A program made the translations under genes and the position numbers. This document shows positions 10,703-19,811 of a stretch of 64,000 bases of DNA, in pieces (positions within the stretch are counted from its first letter, which is position 1; the number at the start of each line of letters is the position of its first letter). The stretch spans positions 128,001 to 192,000 of IMG/VR virus record IMGVR_UViG_3300031994_000006; one strand, written 5' to 3'. The notes below the pieces were generated by a model that worked only from the letters and a program-made list of their open reading frames with translations, was not told where the DNA came from and searched no databases. Source of the DNA: a virus. Lineage: Duplodnaviria; Caudoviricetes.

Positions 10703-11164
10703 TTATTGCTCGAGTTTGAATCTGTAGCACTTCTCGCTGTTGCAGTGGCTCTTGCACCACTCCCTGTTGCTCGTACGGCCCTTGCGGTGTACGCAGCGTC
10801 CGCAGCACGGCCCCGTGAATACGTCACCGTATCTCGGCTCGGGTATATCAAGCCACGCATACGGATTGGTGATCACATGTACCGTATTCTCCTCAGGGAA
10901 CACCGACAGGCCGATACGGTTCTCGACCGCCTCCTTCAGGCTCTTCGGATTCCCCATGGCGATGTAGTCGCCGGTCTCCAGGGCGCCGTCGAGGTACGTC
11001 TGCTCGATCGAGTCGTCGAACGGACTGCCTTCCTTCGGGTATACTGTCGTCAGCACCGTGTCCTTCTCGGCGTCATAGCCGCGGACCTCGAAGTGATCCA
11101 CTATCGATTTGAATGACGGGCGGAACTCAAACCCGATCCCGTATCTGCATTTCTTTGCTTCCAT
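10703..11164 (-). CDS. Hypothetical protein with Cys-rich C-terminus
   Basis: 153 aa; CCGRCVH...C...C...C. Confidence 0.65.
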   Translation of the reverse strand: MEAKKCRYGIGFEFRPSFKSIVDHFEVRGYDAEKDTVLTTVYPKEGSPFDDSIEQTYLDGALETGDYIAMGNPKSLKEAVENRIGLSVFPEENTVHVITNPYAWLDIPEPRYGDVFTGPCCGRCVHRKGRTSNREWCKSHCNSEKCYRFKLEQ

Positions 11165-11177
11165 ATCGTGTCAGAAT

Positions 11178-12479
11178 TTAAAACCTTGAAAACAGCTCAT
11201 GGAGCTTGAACTCATCCATTTGGGCCAGCTTATACGCCGTTACGGGCTTTCTCTCCTCCGTTACGCGGGGTGCCGTGACGATTCCCTTCGGCCAGCACTT
11301 GCGGATATACCTGCAGATGACGTCGACCTGTTCCTTTGTCGGCACATATGCCCAGGGGAGGTCCATGTCCTTGGACGACTTGAAGCATCCGTAGACCTCG
11401 TCGTGGTGTATCTTGATCCAGCCATGATGCTCGAGCCACTGGTCGGGATCTTCGCCCTTGAAGCTGCCGTCGAGCCCGGTGATCTCATGGATGCCGTCGG
11501 CCTCCATCGCGGCACGGTACTTGCCTTTGTACAGGGACTCGGCCAGGCTCAGGTGCAGGAATGCGCCCGTTTCTCCGTTGGCGCCGTAGAACACACCCTC
11601 AGGACTGAGCCATCCGGCGTCGTATCCGAGCTCGATATTTTTGGGCAGTATGCCGTCGTCGAGCCACTGCCTGGTCACCTTGAACTTCTTCAACAGGGGC
11701 ATGACGGACTTCTGCATGGCATGTATCTCAGTCATCGCCATGGGCACCTTGTACTGTCCCTTCATGAACTCCGTCAGGAACAGGCAGCCGCGTTCCTCCT
11801 CATCGACATGGTTCGGCAGGATCCCGTTGAGATTCACGATACCGTTCTCATTGAGCCACTCGGACACCGTCAGCCAGTCCCTGAAGTCCTTGATCAGCTG
11901 ACGGATGTGGAGGAAGTACAGGGCGGATCCGTACATGACCGAATCGGACTGATCCGCACGGCCCTTCTCTTCCTCGTCGTCGATGACCCTTTGTTCAAGA
12001 CGTTCGAAAACCTCGTCTATCTTGTGATAACTGTTACCCCGGCCGGACTTGATGACGCGGCAGACGGCGTTGCGGATGCCGTCGGGACCGTAAACCTCCA
12101 GGTCGATATAGTCGGCGGTCACGCCTCCGCGATACAGGCGGCTCTTGTCCCTGAAGATGGAGTCACGCAGCGCCTCAAGGCGGCTGTAGCGGTCCTTCAG
12201 GATCATAGGCCAGTCGGACATGTTCTGCCTGTTCTCGTCCAGGACCTTCGGATCGTCCGTCAGGTTGACGGATCCGTTATCGGCGGCGACAATCGCGGCC
12301 TCGTTCTTCAGTACCATCAGGGCATACTCACGGGTGAATCCGTGGAATCCCTCGATATAGTTCTTAATCGCACGCTCGGGATCGCCGTCCTTGATGCATT
12401 CCTGTGCGATCTCCAGCATCACCTTGCCGATATTCCTACCGACGGACATGTGCATCTGGGTTGTCTTCTTCTCTGCCAT
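11178..12479 (-). CDS. Hypothetical phage protein
   Basis: 433 aa; GWLSPEG...H...HHGWIKI motif. Confidence 0.7.
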   Translation of the reverse strand: MAEKKTTQMHMSVGRNIGKVMLEIAQECIKDGDPERAIKNYIEGFHGFTREYALMVLKNEAAIVAADNGSVNLTDDPKVLDENRQNMSDWPMILKDRYSRLEALRDSIFRDKSRLYRGGVTADYIDLEVYGPDGIRNAVCRVIKSGRGNSYHKIDEVFERLEQRVIDDEEEKGRADQSDSVMYGSALYFLHIRQLIKDFRDWLTVSEWLNENGIVNLNGILPNHVDEEERGCLFLTEFMKGQYKVPMAMTEIHAMQKSVMPLLKKFKVTRQWLDDGILPKNIELGYDAGWLSPEGVFYGANGETGAFLHLSLAESLYKGKYRAAMEADGIHEITGLDGSFKGEDPDQWLEHHGWIKIHHDEVYGCFKSSKDMDLPWAYVPTKEQVDVICRYIRKCWPKGIVTAPRVTEERKPVTAYKLAQMDEFKLHELFSRF

Positions 12480-12497
12480 AACCGTAACCGATTTTAA

Positions 12498-12776
12498 TTA
12501 AGACATCATGTTCTTGATTCTCGGATGATTGGTCGCGCTCTCCACGAGAAACACGCCATTGGCGGATTTCACGAGAAGGTTACCGTCATGGAACTCATTG
12601 ATAAGCTCCACCTTGCCGGTGTCCATCATCTGACCCTGTGAGAGAATGCCGTTGGAATAAAGGCTGAAATTACCGCCGCCGTCGATACAGCCGCGGGCGA
12701 TGTTTCCGCTTTCTGTGACAAAGTAACGATCCTTGCCGCATGCGATTGACTTGTCGTATAAATCCCTGTTAATCAT
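12498..12776 (-). CDS. Hypothetical protein
   Basis: 92 aa, first gene after TATCTTTG promoter. Confidence 0.65.
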   Translation of the reverse strand: MINRDLYDKSIACGKDRYFVTESGNIARGCIDGGGNFSLYSNGILSQGQMMDTGKVELINEFHDGNLLVKSANGVFLVESATNHPRIKNMMS

Positions 12777-12793
12777 AACTCATCATTTTTAAA

Positions 12794-12860
12794 TTATACC
12801 GCAAAGATAGCATGTTTTCCCCAAAATAAAAAATCCTGCAGCGTTATTCTGCAGGATTTA
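12794..12860 (-). promoter_or_regulatory. Terminator hairpin plus Bacteroidota sigma-A promoter cassette, copy 1
   Basis: AATCCTGCAG/CTGCAGGATT stem with T-run on minus strand, then TATCTTTG (-7 consensus TAnnTTTG) at 12809-12802. Confidence 0.7.
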
Positions 12861-12879
12861 GCATTCATAGGCAAACGGC

Positions 12880-13128
12880 CTAATACTCGTCATCGCCCTT
12901 GCCGTAGACGGCGGTCAGTCCGCCCTCGGCGATGTTCTTGATCTTCCAGTCGCACATAACTCCTTCCATGTGCTTCTTGACCTTGGCCTCAACATCCTTG
13001 AAGTTATCGCCGTAAACGACGTGCTTCTCGGTCGTGCGCTTGACCTTGCCGTTGTCTTTCTCCTCTTCAATGATCACAGTCACGTTGTAGAACTGCGCAT
13101 TGTAGAACTTGTCGTCTAAGTCTGCCAT
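12880..13128 (-). CDS. DUF4494-like small protein
   Basis: 82 aa; GKVKRTTEKHVVYGDNFKDVEAKV pattern resembles Bacteroidota DUF4494. Confidence 0.55.
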   Translation of the reverse strand: MADLDDKFYNAQFYNVTVIIEEEKDNGKVKRTTEKHVVYGDNFKDVEAKVKKHMEGVMCDWKIKNIAEGGLTAVYGKGDDEY

Positions 13129-13649
13129 TATCTTTTGAAATTAGGTTTGTGTATTCTTCTGTTGAACCTGTCGAATCTCCTCAGGTTCGAGCCCTTCCTG
13201 TCCTGGAAATACTGGCATACCTTCAGCTCCTTGTCGTATATGTAGCCGCAGTATGTGCGATCATCCTTATAATACAGGATGATACGGCGTCCGTCCTCCT
13301 GTACGGAATATTCATATCGGTGATCGACCGGGAACCTGAACGGGCCGCCGACTGCGATTGACCTGGCGTCGACTACGGCCTTGGTCCTGTCCTTGTCCGT
13401 ACGGATGACGATCCTGTCGGTATGGGGGAGCTCGAACATATAGAAGTTACTGCCGAGATCCACTGCGTTGGCAGGCATCCTGTCTGCGGGGATCTCAAAG
13501 GGCAGGTTGACGTACACCTTCTCAATCGACAGCGTCTCAGTCTCGGTAAAGGCCGACGTGTCGATGAAGGTCATGGGATTTCCGGGCAGCTGCGCATACA
13601 CAAGTACGGCAGCGAACAGCACGGAAAGGGTTGTCAATAGTCTTTTCAT
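13128..13649 (-). CDS. Secreted hypothetical protein
   Basis: Signal peptide ending VYA-Q (Bacteroidota-type Gln after cleavage). Confidence 0.65.
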   Translation of the reverse strand: MKRLLTTLSVLFAAVLVYAQLPGNPMTFIDTSAFTETETLSIEKVYVNLPFEIPADRMPANAVDLGSNFYMFELPHTDRIVIRTDKDRTKAVVDARSIAVGGPFRFPVDHRYEYSVQEDGRRIILYYKDDRTYCGYIYDKELKVCQYFQDRKGSNLRRFDRFNRRIHKPNFKR

Positions 13650-13661
13650 GAAATACGCTTT

Positions 13662-14006
13662 TTAGGGTAAAATCAATCCGCCGTCCTTTTTCTCATCGGA
13701 AGGCTTTTTATCAGAATCGGGATCCTTGGTGATTTTTGCATACGCTTCCATGAATCCCTTATCCGCCTTGAGGAACGGGGCAAGCTCGCCGCATTTAGAG
13801 CATACCATAACCGGCAGCATGTCCGCAGGTACCGGAGCTTCCTTCATATCAGGCTGTCCGATGAACAGCCCGGGAATCTTCTTCACGACATAGGCATACG
13901 TGAACAGCTGGCATCCGCATCCGCATTTGTAACTCGGATACTCGGACAGCCGAAGCGTCTGCGGCTTCGGCTGTCCTATCAGGAGATCATCCTTCTTCGG
14001 CATCAC
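13662..14006 (-). CDS. Zinc-ribbon hypothetical protein
   Basis: CGCG...CSKCG. Confidence 0.65.
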   Translation of the reverse strand: MMPKKDDLLIGQPKPQTLRLSEYPSYKCGCGCQLFTYAYVVKKIPGLFIGQPDMKEAPVPADMLPVMVCSKCGELAPFLKADKGFMEAYAKITKDPDSDKKPSDEKKDGGLILP

Positions 14007-15346
14007 TTCTTGGATTTATTAAGGGATTTCAAATCCTCAAGTGATACAGATCTGCCGGTGAATCCGGCCTCTCCTGACGCCTTCATGCGTGCGGCATGCT
14101 CGGCCTCGCGCTTCTCGTCCTCGATCTTCTGCAGACGCTCACGCTCCTCGATGATCGGCTTGCGTACGGACGCCGGCATGTCGCTCAGCACGATACGGTC
14201 GTTACCGCGGTCGTCCTTGGTGATGTCGTAGATATAGACGTCGATCTTCTCGCCCGCCTCCACCTGACCGGCCTCCAGGCGCTCCAGGAGCTCAGGTGAG
14301 GCGTACATGCCGTGCAGGAGTCCTGTGAAGAACTCGTTCAGTTCGACGAATGCGCCGAACGGCTTCGCACCGGTAATCGTACCGCTCCAGACGGCGTCCT
14401 TGTCCGCGAGCCACTTGGCCTTTAGGCCCTTGATGAGACGGGGCATCTCGTGACGCAGCCAGCGCTTGCGGCTGACGATGAAGCCGTTGCGCTTGTCATA
14501 GCCCTCGATCATCACCTCAAGGTCCTTGCCGACCAGCGCCTCGAAGTCGCTGATACGGTTGGTCGCGGCCTGTGAGCCGGGCAGGAACGCGCGGATGCCG
14601 CGAATGGTCACGATATAGCCGCCGCGATTGGACGACTCAATATGGGCCATATAGTAGTTATGGGCCTTGTCGCCGAGCGCGATCTGCTCCATGAACTCCT
14701 GTTCGGTCTGGTAGGTGATGCCGTCCCAGAGCGACGCACGGCCGTTCTTGTTGACGCGGGCCAGGAAGCCGCGGCTTGTAAAGTCGGCACGTCCCTCCGG
14801 TGTGCTGAAGAGCTCCTTGAACTGTCCCTTATCGGCGTTGAAGAGCTCGAAGAACTTGCTCTCATGTGCAAGGTTGACTACTGCGGCCTGACCGATGGCG
14901 GTCGATACCAGGAGCTCGTCGCCTCCGAGAAGCTGCACGTTGTCAATGCGGATGACGGATCCGGCCTCGGTATCCTTGCCAGCGGCTCCCTCCTCGAATC
15001 CGAAGGCGTCGAATGACTGCGCATACTTGTTGTATACCTTGGCGGCGTAAGACTCGTGACAGAACACGACGTCGCCCTCGTGTGTCTTCACCTTGGTATT
15101 GGGCTTCATGCCACGGCCGTTCCAGGCCTCATAGGTATCCCAGTCGAACTCTTCAGGAGTGGGATACTGCGGGAGGGGCTGACCCCTCAGGATAAGATTC
15201 GTACGGATGATCGGCTCATGCACGACAATCGGTTTCTTGGCCGTCTCCTTACGATCCTTCTCGTGTCTGTCGCGTTTCCCGCGGCCGCGGCGTTCACGTA
15301 CTGCCGCATCCTGGGATGCGTTTCTTGCGTTTTGTAATGCTGACAT
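14003..15346 (-). CDS. Ribosomal protein S1-like RNA-binding protein (two S1 domains)
   Basis: NRGGYIVTIRGIRAFLPGSQ...IVSRK and GTITGAKPFGAFVEL...GLLH...RIVLS S1-repeat motifs. Confidence 0.85.
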   Translation of the reverse strand: MSALQNARNASQDAAVRERRGRGKRDRHEKDRKETAKKPIVVHEPIIRTNLILRGQPLPQYPTPEEFDWDTYEAWNGRGMKPNTKVKTHEGDVVFCHESYAAKVYNKYAQSFDAFGFEEGAAGKDTEAGSVIRIDNVQLLGGDELLVSTAIGQAAVVNLAHESKFFELFNADKGQFKELFSTPEGRADFTSRGFLARVNKNGRASLWDGITYQTEQEFMEQIALGDKAHNYYMAHIESSNRGGYIVTIRGIRAFLPGSQAATNRISDFEALVGKDLEVMIEGYDKRNGFIVSRKRWLRHEMPRLIKGLKAKWLADKDAVWSGTITGAKPFGAFVELNEFFTGLLHGMYASPELLERLEAGQVEAGEKIDVYIYDITKDDRGNDRIVLSDMPASVRKPIIEERERLQKIEDEKREAEHAARMKASGEAGFTGRSVSLEDLKSLNKSKK

Positions 15347-15440
15347 TCAAAATCAGATTAAAAGGGTAAAACAATAAAATTAACTGTAAAGATTAAACGC
15401 CGCAAGGCCGGAAGGGTCATCTCCCGGCCGCGGAATTTTC

Positions 15441-16325
15441 TCAGATTTCATAGTCGTCCTGATCAGGAGCGATATTGTCGACCTTAGCGATAACGGACTG
15501 GGTGCCGGTGCCTATGGTCTCGACACACAGCTTCATGGGATCCGTGACGGACATCGTGAGCACGGCCGGATTCATGCCGGTGGTCTTGAAGCACAGGATG
15601 AACTTGTCGCGCATGACGGGCACGATGATATCCTGCCAGTCAGTCAGCTCGGTCTCGATCTCGCCGACGAGATAGTCGAACGTGTTCTTCTTGTCCTTCA
15701 CGTACATGACGCGCTTGCCGTCCTCGGTCTTCGAATAGAAGAACAGGAGGTTCTCGGTGGACTGCGTCTGCTTGAAGATCTCAGAGAACGCGAGGATGTT
15801 CTTGACGACGTCGGACGACACGGTTACGCTCACGGGATCCGGGTTGGGCCAGACGCCGTTCTTGAATTTGTCGTCCGAAATGACGATGAACTCGGAAATC
15901 AGGAAGCACTTCATCTTCATGCGGAGGCTCTTCGAGCGGAAACGGACGTTGTCGGTCTGCAGCATCTCATTGCCCTGGCTGTCCTGTCCGGGACCGAAGT
16001 TGAAGGTCATAGTGAACTCGTCGGCGGTGGCGAACGCCTTGAACACGGCGACGAACTTGGAGAAGATCTTCAGGATACCGGCATAGACGATATCGGTCAG
16101 GCCGTCGGGAATGACAGCCTCAAGGCCGGCCATCTCAAAGGAGATCTCGCCGCGGCGGACGAGCGCCTGATCCTGCGTGAACACCTTGGCGCAGAAGCAC
16201 TTCGCGGCCGGGTTAATCTCAAGGAGTACGCTGTTGTCAGACACGTCCCCTTCAAACTGCTCAAGCCATGACGTGAAATCGTTGACGTTCGCGCCAGACT
16301 TTTTGATGAATTCGATTTTCTGCAT
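15441..16325 (-). CDS. Hypothetical protein (possibly sliding-clamp-like)
   Basis: About 294 aa alpha/beta protein with acidic tail; function is a guess. Confidence 0.5.
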   Translation of the reverse strand: MQKIEFIKKSGANVNDFTSWLEQFEGDVSDNSVLLEINPAAKCFCAKVFTQDQALVRRGEISFEMAGLEAVIPDGLTDIVYAGILKIFSKFVAVFKAFATADEFTMTFNFGPGQDSQGNEMLQTDNVRFRSKSLRMKMKCFLISEFIVISDDKFKNGVWPNPDPVSVTVSSDVVKNILAFSEIFKQTQSTENLLFFYSKTEDGKRVMYVKDKKNTFDYLVGEIETELTDWQDIIVPVMRDKFILCFKTTGMNPAVLTMSVTDPMKLCVETIGTGTQSVIAKVDNIAPDQDDYEI

Positions 16326-16379
16326 TGTATAATCAGATTGGTGATTTCTCATTCATTTAACGCGGCCCGGGCCGGAGAG

Positions 16380-17228
16380 TCACAGGAATTCCGTGACATA
16401 ATCCTCCGGCCTGTGCCTGATGACATTAGCCTCATCCTTGTCGCCGTGTATGGATCCCTTCCTGAGATCGGGATCCTGCATGCAGAGCGGCGTCGCCGCC
16501 ATGCACCTCGTGAGGTTGCGTTCCCATTTGCCGCAGTGCACGCCGGCCTCGAGGACCGCCGGGTTACCGGGCACGGCCCATGTGTAATAGTCCGGATTGG
16601 CGAGCCTCTCTTTCATGGACGCGATATAATAGCGCATCGCGTCGAAGCTCATATGGAACATGTCACAGTTCCATACCATGCCGTACGACGCGAGCAGCCG
16701 GCGGGTATTCGGCATCCCTATCGGCCTGATGTGCGCGAACTTCTCCTGTTCCGGGGCGACGTACCCGTCGAACAGCGCTATGTCGTAGCCGAGCGCCTCC
16801 GACATCGTGTCGATGATAAGGTCCGGATCCCTGTGGAACACGACGTCGTCCTCGATGAACAGGACCTTGCCCGTGGAGTCGGGGAACCAGCTGATGAGTT
16901 TCTCCATGACGCGGACCAGATTCAGCGAGTAGTCCCAGCACCTTATCTGTCTCTCTGAATAGGGATCCTCTCCCATATCGAGCAGCCTGCCGTCCTCGGC
17001 GAACCCGCGTACAATATTGTAGATGTACGGCATGCGTATCATGTCGGCGAAATCCCAGACGGGATCGCCACAGTTCGACCAGGTTATCTGGCCGTAGTCC
17101 ATGAGCCTCCTCGATATGCGCTCCTTGCGCTCGGGAAGGCTCAGGCAGTTCAGTATGACCACCTTCTGGTACAGCGAGGCCCACTCATGCTCAGGCCTGG
17201 CGTTTATGTCCGTTATCGTCCTGCTCAT
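16380..17228 (-). CDS. Glycosyltransferase family 25-like protein
   Basis: ILNCLSLPERKERI N-terminal motif and LFIEDDVVF. Confidence 0.65.
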   Translation of the reverse strand: MSRTITDINARPEHEWASLYQKVVILNCLSLPERKERISRRLMDYGQITWSNCGDPVWDFADMIRMPYIYNIVRGFAEDGRLLDMGEDPYSERQIRCWDYSLNLVRVMEKLISWFPDSTGKVLFIEDDVVFHRDPDLIIDTMSEALGYDIALFDGYVAPEQEKFAHIRPIGMPNTRRLLASYGMVWNCDMFHMSFDAMRYYIASMKERLANPDYYTWAVPGNPAVLEAGVHCGKWERNLTRCMAATPLCMQDPDLRKGSIHGDKDEANVIRHRPEDYVTEFL

Positions 17229-17743
17229 ATATTCCAGTACTTATGCGTTATGTCATCGACGGTAAAGGAATCGCCCGGCAAAACATCGGTAATGACATAC
17301 ATACGCTGATTCGTGTCACGGCTGTCGAGTCCGCCGTGTCTCTCGTCATAAGGACCAACCTTGATATAGTCCCAGAGCACGGGATTGAGCGAGCTCTTGA
17401 ATCCGTTCATCCTGCCGGGATCGTCGGTCTCATGGAACACGGTCGACCGGGACATGCCGGTCCACCAGGCGGTTTTCAGGTTCGAGGCCCTGCAGACGCG
17501 GGCCAGATCGTTCAATGCGTCTGTGTTGAATCCTCCCTGGAACGATACACATGTTATGCCGGGATTCCTGTTGATGAGATCCGCGAGCGCCTCGCCGGTG
17601 AGCTCGTCGCCCCTGTCCTCCCAGAGGTACTTGGAATGACAGCCCGGACAGTGGACCGTGCATCCCGTGATGTTGATGAGCAGCGAGATCTCACCGGGTA
17701 TCTCCCGGAATCCCACTGTCGCGTCTTCCTTGATGTATTTCAT
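17225..17743 (-). CDS. nrdG: Anaerobic ribonucleotide reductase activating protein (radical SAM)
   Basis: FREIPGEISL..NITGCTVHCPGCHS (CxxxCxxC), DYIKVGPY, TNQR. Confidence 0.92.
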   Translation of the reverse strand: MKYIKEDATVGFREIPGEISLLINITGCTVHCPGCHSKYLWEDRGDELTGEALADLINRNPGITCVSFQGGFNTDALNDLARVCRASNLKTAWWTGMSRSTVFHETDDPGRMNGFKSSLNPVLWDYIKVGPYDERHGGLDSRDTNQRMYVITDVLPGDSFTVDDITHKYWNI

Positions 17744-17744
17744 G

Positions 17745-18068
17745 TCAGCCGTCAAGGGCGCATAGCGCCTGATGTTTGAATTTCTCATAGAATATATGCC
17801 ATGCGAACTTGATTTCCTCGGTATCCGAATCCTTCTTGTCCGGATGGCCGCACATTACATAGCTGTTGTCAAGACGGCCGCTCATCCATGTGTGCAGGAC
17901 AGGGACGTCCCATGCATGCAGCGTCCCCTTGCAGTGCGGGCAGACATTGGTGCACCGCTCACTGCCGGCATAGCACGGCAGGCCGCTTCCCTTGCACTTC
18001 TCGTCCCAGACGACAAGGTGGAAGTCGGTCGTGATCTGTCCGGTCTTGTAGTCATATGTCGATGCCAT
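17745..18068 (-). CDS. Cys-rich hypothetical protein
   Basis: 107 aa ORF. Confidence 0.6.
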   Translation of the reverse strand: MASTYDYKTGQITTDFHLVVWDEKCKGSGLPCYAGSERCTNVCPHCKGTLHAWDVPVLHTWMSGRLDNSYVMCGHPDKKDSDTEEIKFAWHIFYEKFKHQALCALDG

Positions 18069-18271
18069 CAGCCTTTGTTTTTCAGATAATCACAGAGCGC
18101 GATTTTGGCAGTCCTGTATCCGTTATACCATTTCAGGCACGTATGGCAGTGCTCCTTGTCACATTTCTCACGAGTCTCATTCACAGTGCCGTCGCACTTA
18201 AAGCACCTGCACCATGTGGATGCGGCGTCCCTTGCGATCTGATCCAGTATTTCGTCTGTCTGTTGTGCCAT
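18068..18271 (-). CDS. Small Cys-rich hypothetical protein
   Basis: 67 aa ORF. Confidence 0.6.
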   Translation of the reverse strand: MAQQTDEILDQIARDAASTWCRCFKCDGTVNETREKCDKEHCHTCLKWYNGYRTAKIALCDYLKNKG

Positions 18272-18769
18272 CTATTTGACCTTCTTCAGTTTAATCGTAC
18301 TGTAGTGCCAGGGGCCTCGTTTATAGTCACCGTTTTTGTCCCTGTACCAGCATGATGAGCTTCCCGTGATGGTCTCCTTCCCCTTCAGGCCGGGGAACAT
18401 CTTGTAGAAGCGCTTCCATGCGGACTTGCGCTTGAGTTTCGGCACACGGATCATCGAACTGTGCGCCCAACTCTCGCCTTCGCCTATGAAGCTGCAATCA
18501 TTGTCCTTCTGACGCTGCGGCTTCTTATAACTGTATGAATGACTCTGTACGTAATAATCGACGTTCTTCAGCATCGACTCCGCAATCTTCAGCTTCTCAC
18601 GGATCTCCTCGTCTGTCGGCTTGTTATACAGATGAATCAGATATCCTACCCGCCAGTCCCTGTAACCGGCAAGCCATGCACGGCATACCTTGACCTCACT
18701 CTCCCAGTTTTCCAGGAATCTCTTCCTGAAATCCTCATTATACTGCTCTATGGTATTCGTTCTCTTCAT
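18272..18769 (-). CDS. Hypothetical basic protein
   Basis: 165 aa ORF. Confidence 0.65.
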   Translation of the reverse strand: MKRTNTIEQYNEDFRKRFLENWESEVKVCRAWLAGYRDWRVGYLIHLYNKPTDEEIREKLKIAESMLKNVDYYVQSHSYSYKKPQRQKDNDCSFIGEGESWAHSSMIRVPKLKRKSAWKRFYKMFPGLKGKETITGSSSCWYRDKNGDYKRGPWHYSTIKLKKVK

Positions 18770-18812
18770 AAGACAGAATTTTATATTATACGCGACTATG
18801 CCTTGTCAATCC

Positions 18813-19214
18813 TCAGTTGATCAGGATGAAATTCTCACCGTATGCGGTATCCCTGTGACGGGGATCGTACCAGAGGTCCTCCCTCCAGCCAGGACGGTCC
18901 ATCCTGTCCCATTTCCAGGGACGCTTCCACTCCCATGACGGATGCATGGACCTGAGCTCGTCATGCGTCTTATGCCGGCGGAGCAGTACGGACCTGCCCT
19001 TCGTGAACATGCGGGCCTCGGGCCTGTTTGTACAGTATGATCCGTAATACTTCCAGTCGTCTGTAGGGACTATGTCCCCCGCCACGGCCCTGAACAGCCC
19101 GTTCTTCACCTCGGCGGCTTCTGTGAAGAGTATGTAGCCCTCCCGGATCTCATGCCGCCTGAGCTCAGTATTCCACCTGCGCTCGAATACATTATGTTTC
19201 CAGACTCTGATCAT
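18813..19214 (-). CDS. Hypothetical protein
   Basis: 133 aa ORF after promoter cassette copy 2. Confidence 0.6.
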   Translation of the reverse strand: MIRVWKHNVFERRWNTELRRHEIREGYILFTEAAEVKNGLFRAVAGDIVPTDDWKYYGSYCTNRPEARMFTKGRSVLLRRHKTHDELRSMHPSWEWKRPWKWDRMDRPGWREDLWYDPRHRDTAYGENFILIN

Positions 19215-19226
19215 ATTCTCTCTGTT

Positions 19227-19293
19227 TTATACCGCGAAGATAGCGCTTTTTTCCGGGAATAAAAAAATCCTGCAGCGTTTTTCTGCAGGATTC
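19227..19293 (-). promoter_or_regulatory. Terminator plus promoter cassette, copy 2
   Basis: Same AATCCTGCAG/CTGCAGGATT hairpin followed by TATCTTCG. Confidence 0.65.
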
Positions 19294-19298
19294 AGCGT

Positions 19299-19811
19299 TT
19301 ATCGGTATGATCTGAGCAGGCTGATTTCCACGTCCCAGTAGTCTATCCCGAGGTTCTCGGCGAATTTCCTGTCGCTGTCCGAGAAGTCGCCGGGCTTACC
19401 CGACGCGTCGCCTATCATCAGGCACCGGGACTTGAATCCGGGATCCTCAACCTCCTTGTACGGAATGTAGTGCGAGATGCAGTGTTCGGCCATGCCGGTG
19501 TTCGGCTTGCGCCAGGGATCCGCCTTGTCCTTCGAGCCGCAGTATACGGCCCAGGCCTCGCATCCGATGTAGTCTGCACAGGCGGCGGCCACATACTCAA
19601 GCTTCTTCCTGAAATAGTCCTCGTTCACGTATTCGCCGAGGCCTCCCTGGTTCGTCACGATGAAGAGCTTCTTCGGCTTGAGCTTCTTTATTCTCTCAAG
19701 GACGTCAATTCTGAGCTCCATGTCCCACACGCCCCTGGGGAACGTATCGCCGCTCCTGGTGCGGATGAGCGTGTCGTCCATGTCGGCGAAGATGTATCTG
19801 TACTCCTTCAT
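19299..19811 (-). CDS. HAD-IIIA polynucleotide 3'-phosphatase (PNKP phosphatase-like)
   Basis: DMDDTL, VTNQGG, RKPNTGM, GDASGKPGDFSDSDRKFA. Confidence 0.88.
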   Translation of the reverse strand: MKEYRYIFADMDDTLIRTRSGDTFPRGVWDMELRIDVLERIKKLKPKKLFIVTNQGGLGEYVNEDYFRKKLEYVAAACADYIGCEAWAVYCGSKDKADPWRKPNTGMAEHCISHYIPYKEVEDPGFKSRCLMIGDASGKPGDFSDSDRKFAENLGIDYWDVEISLLRSYR

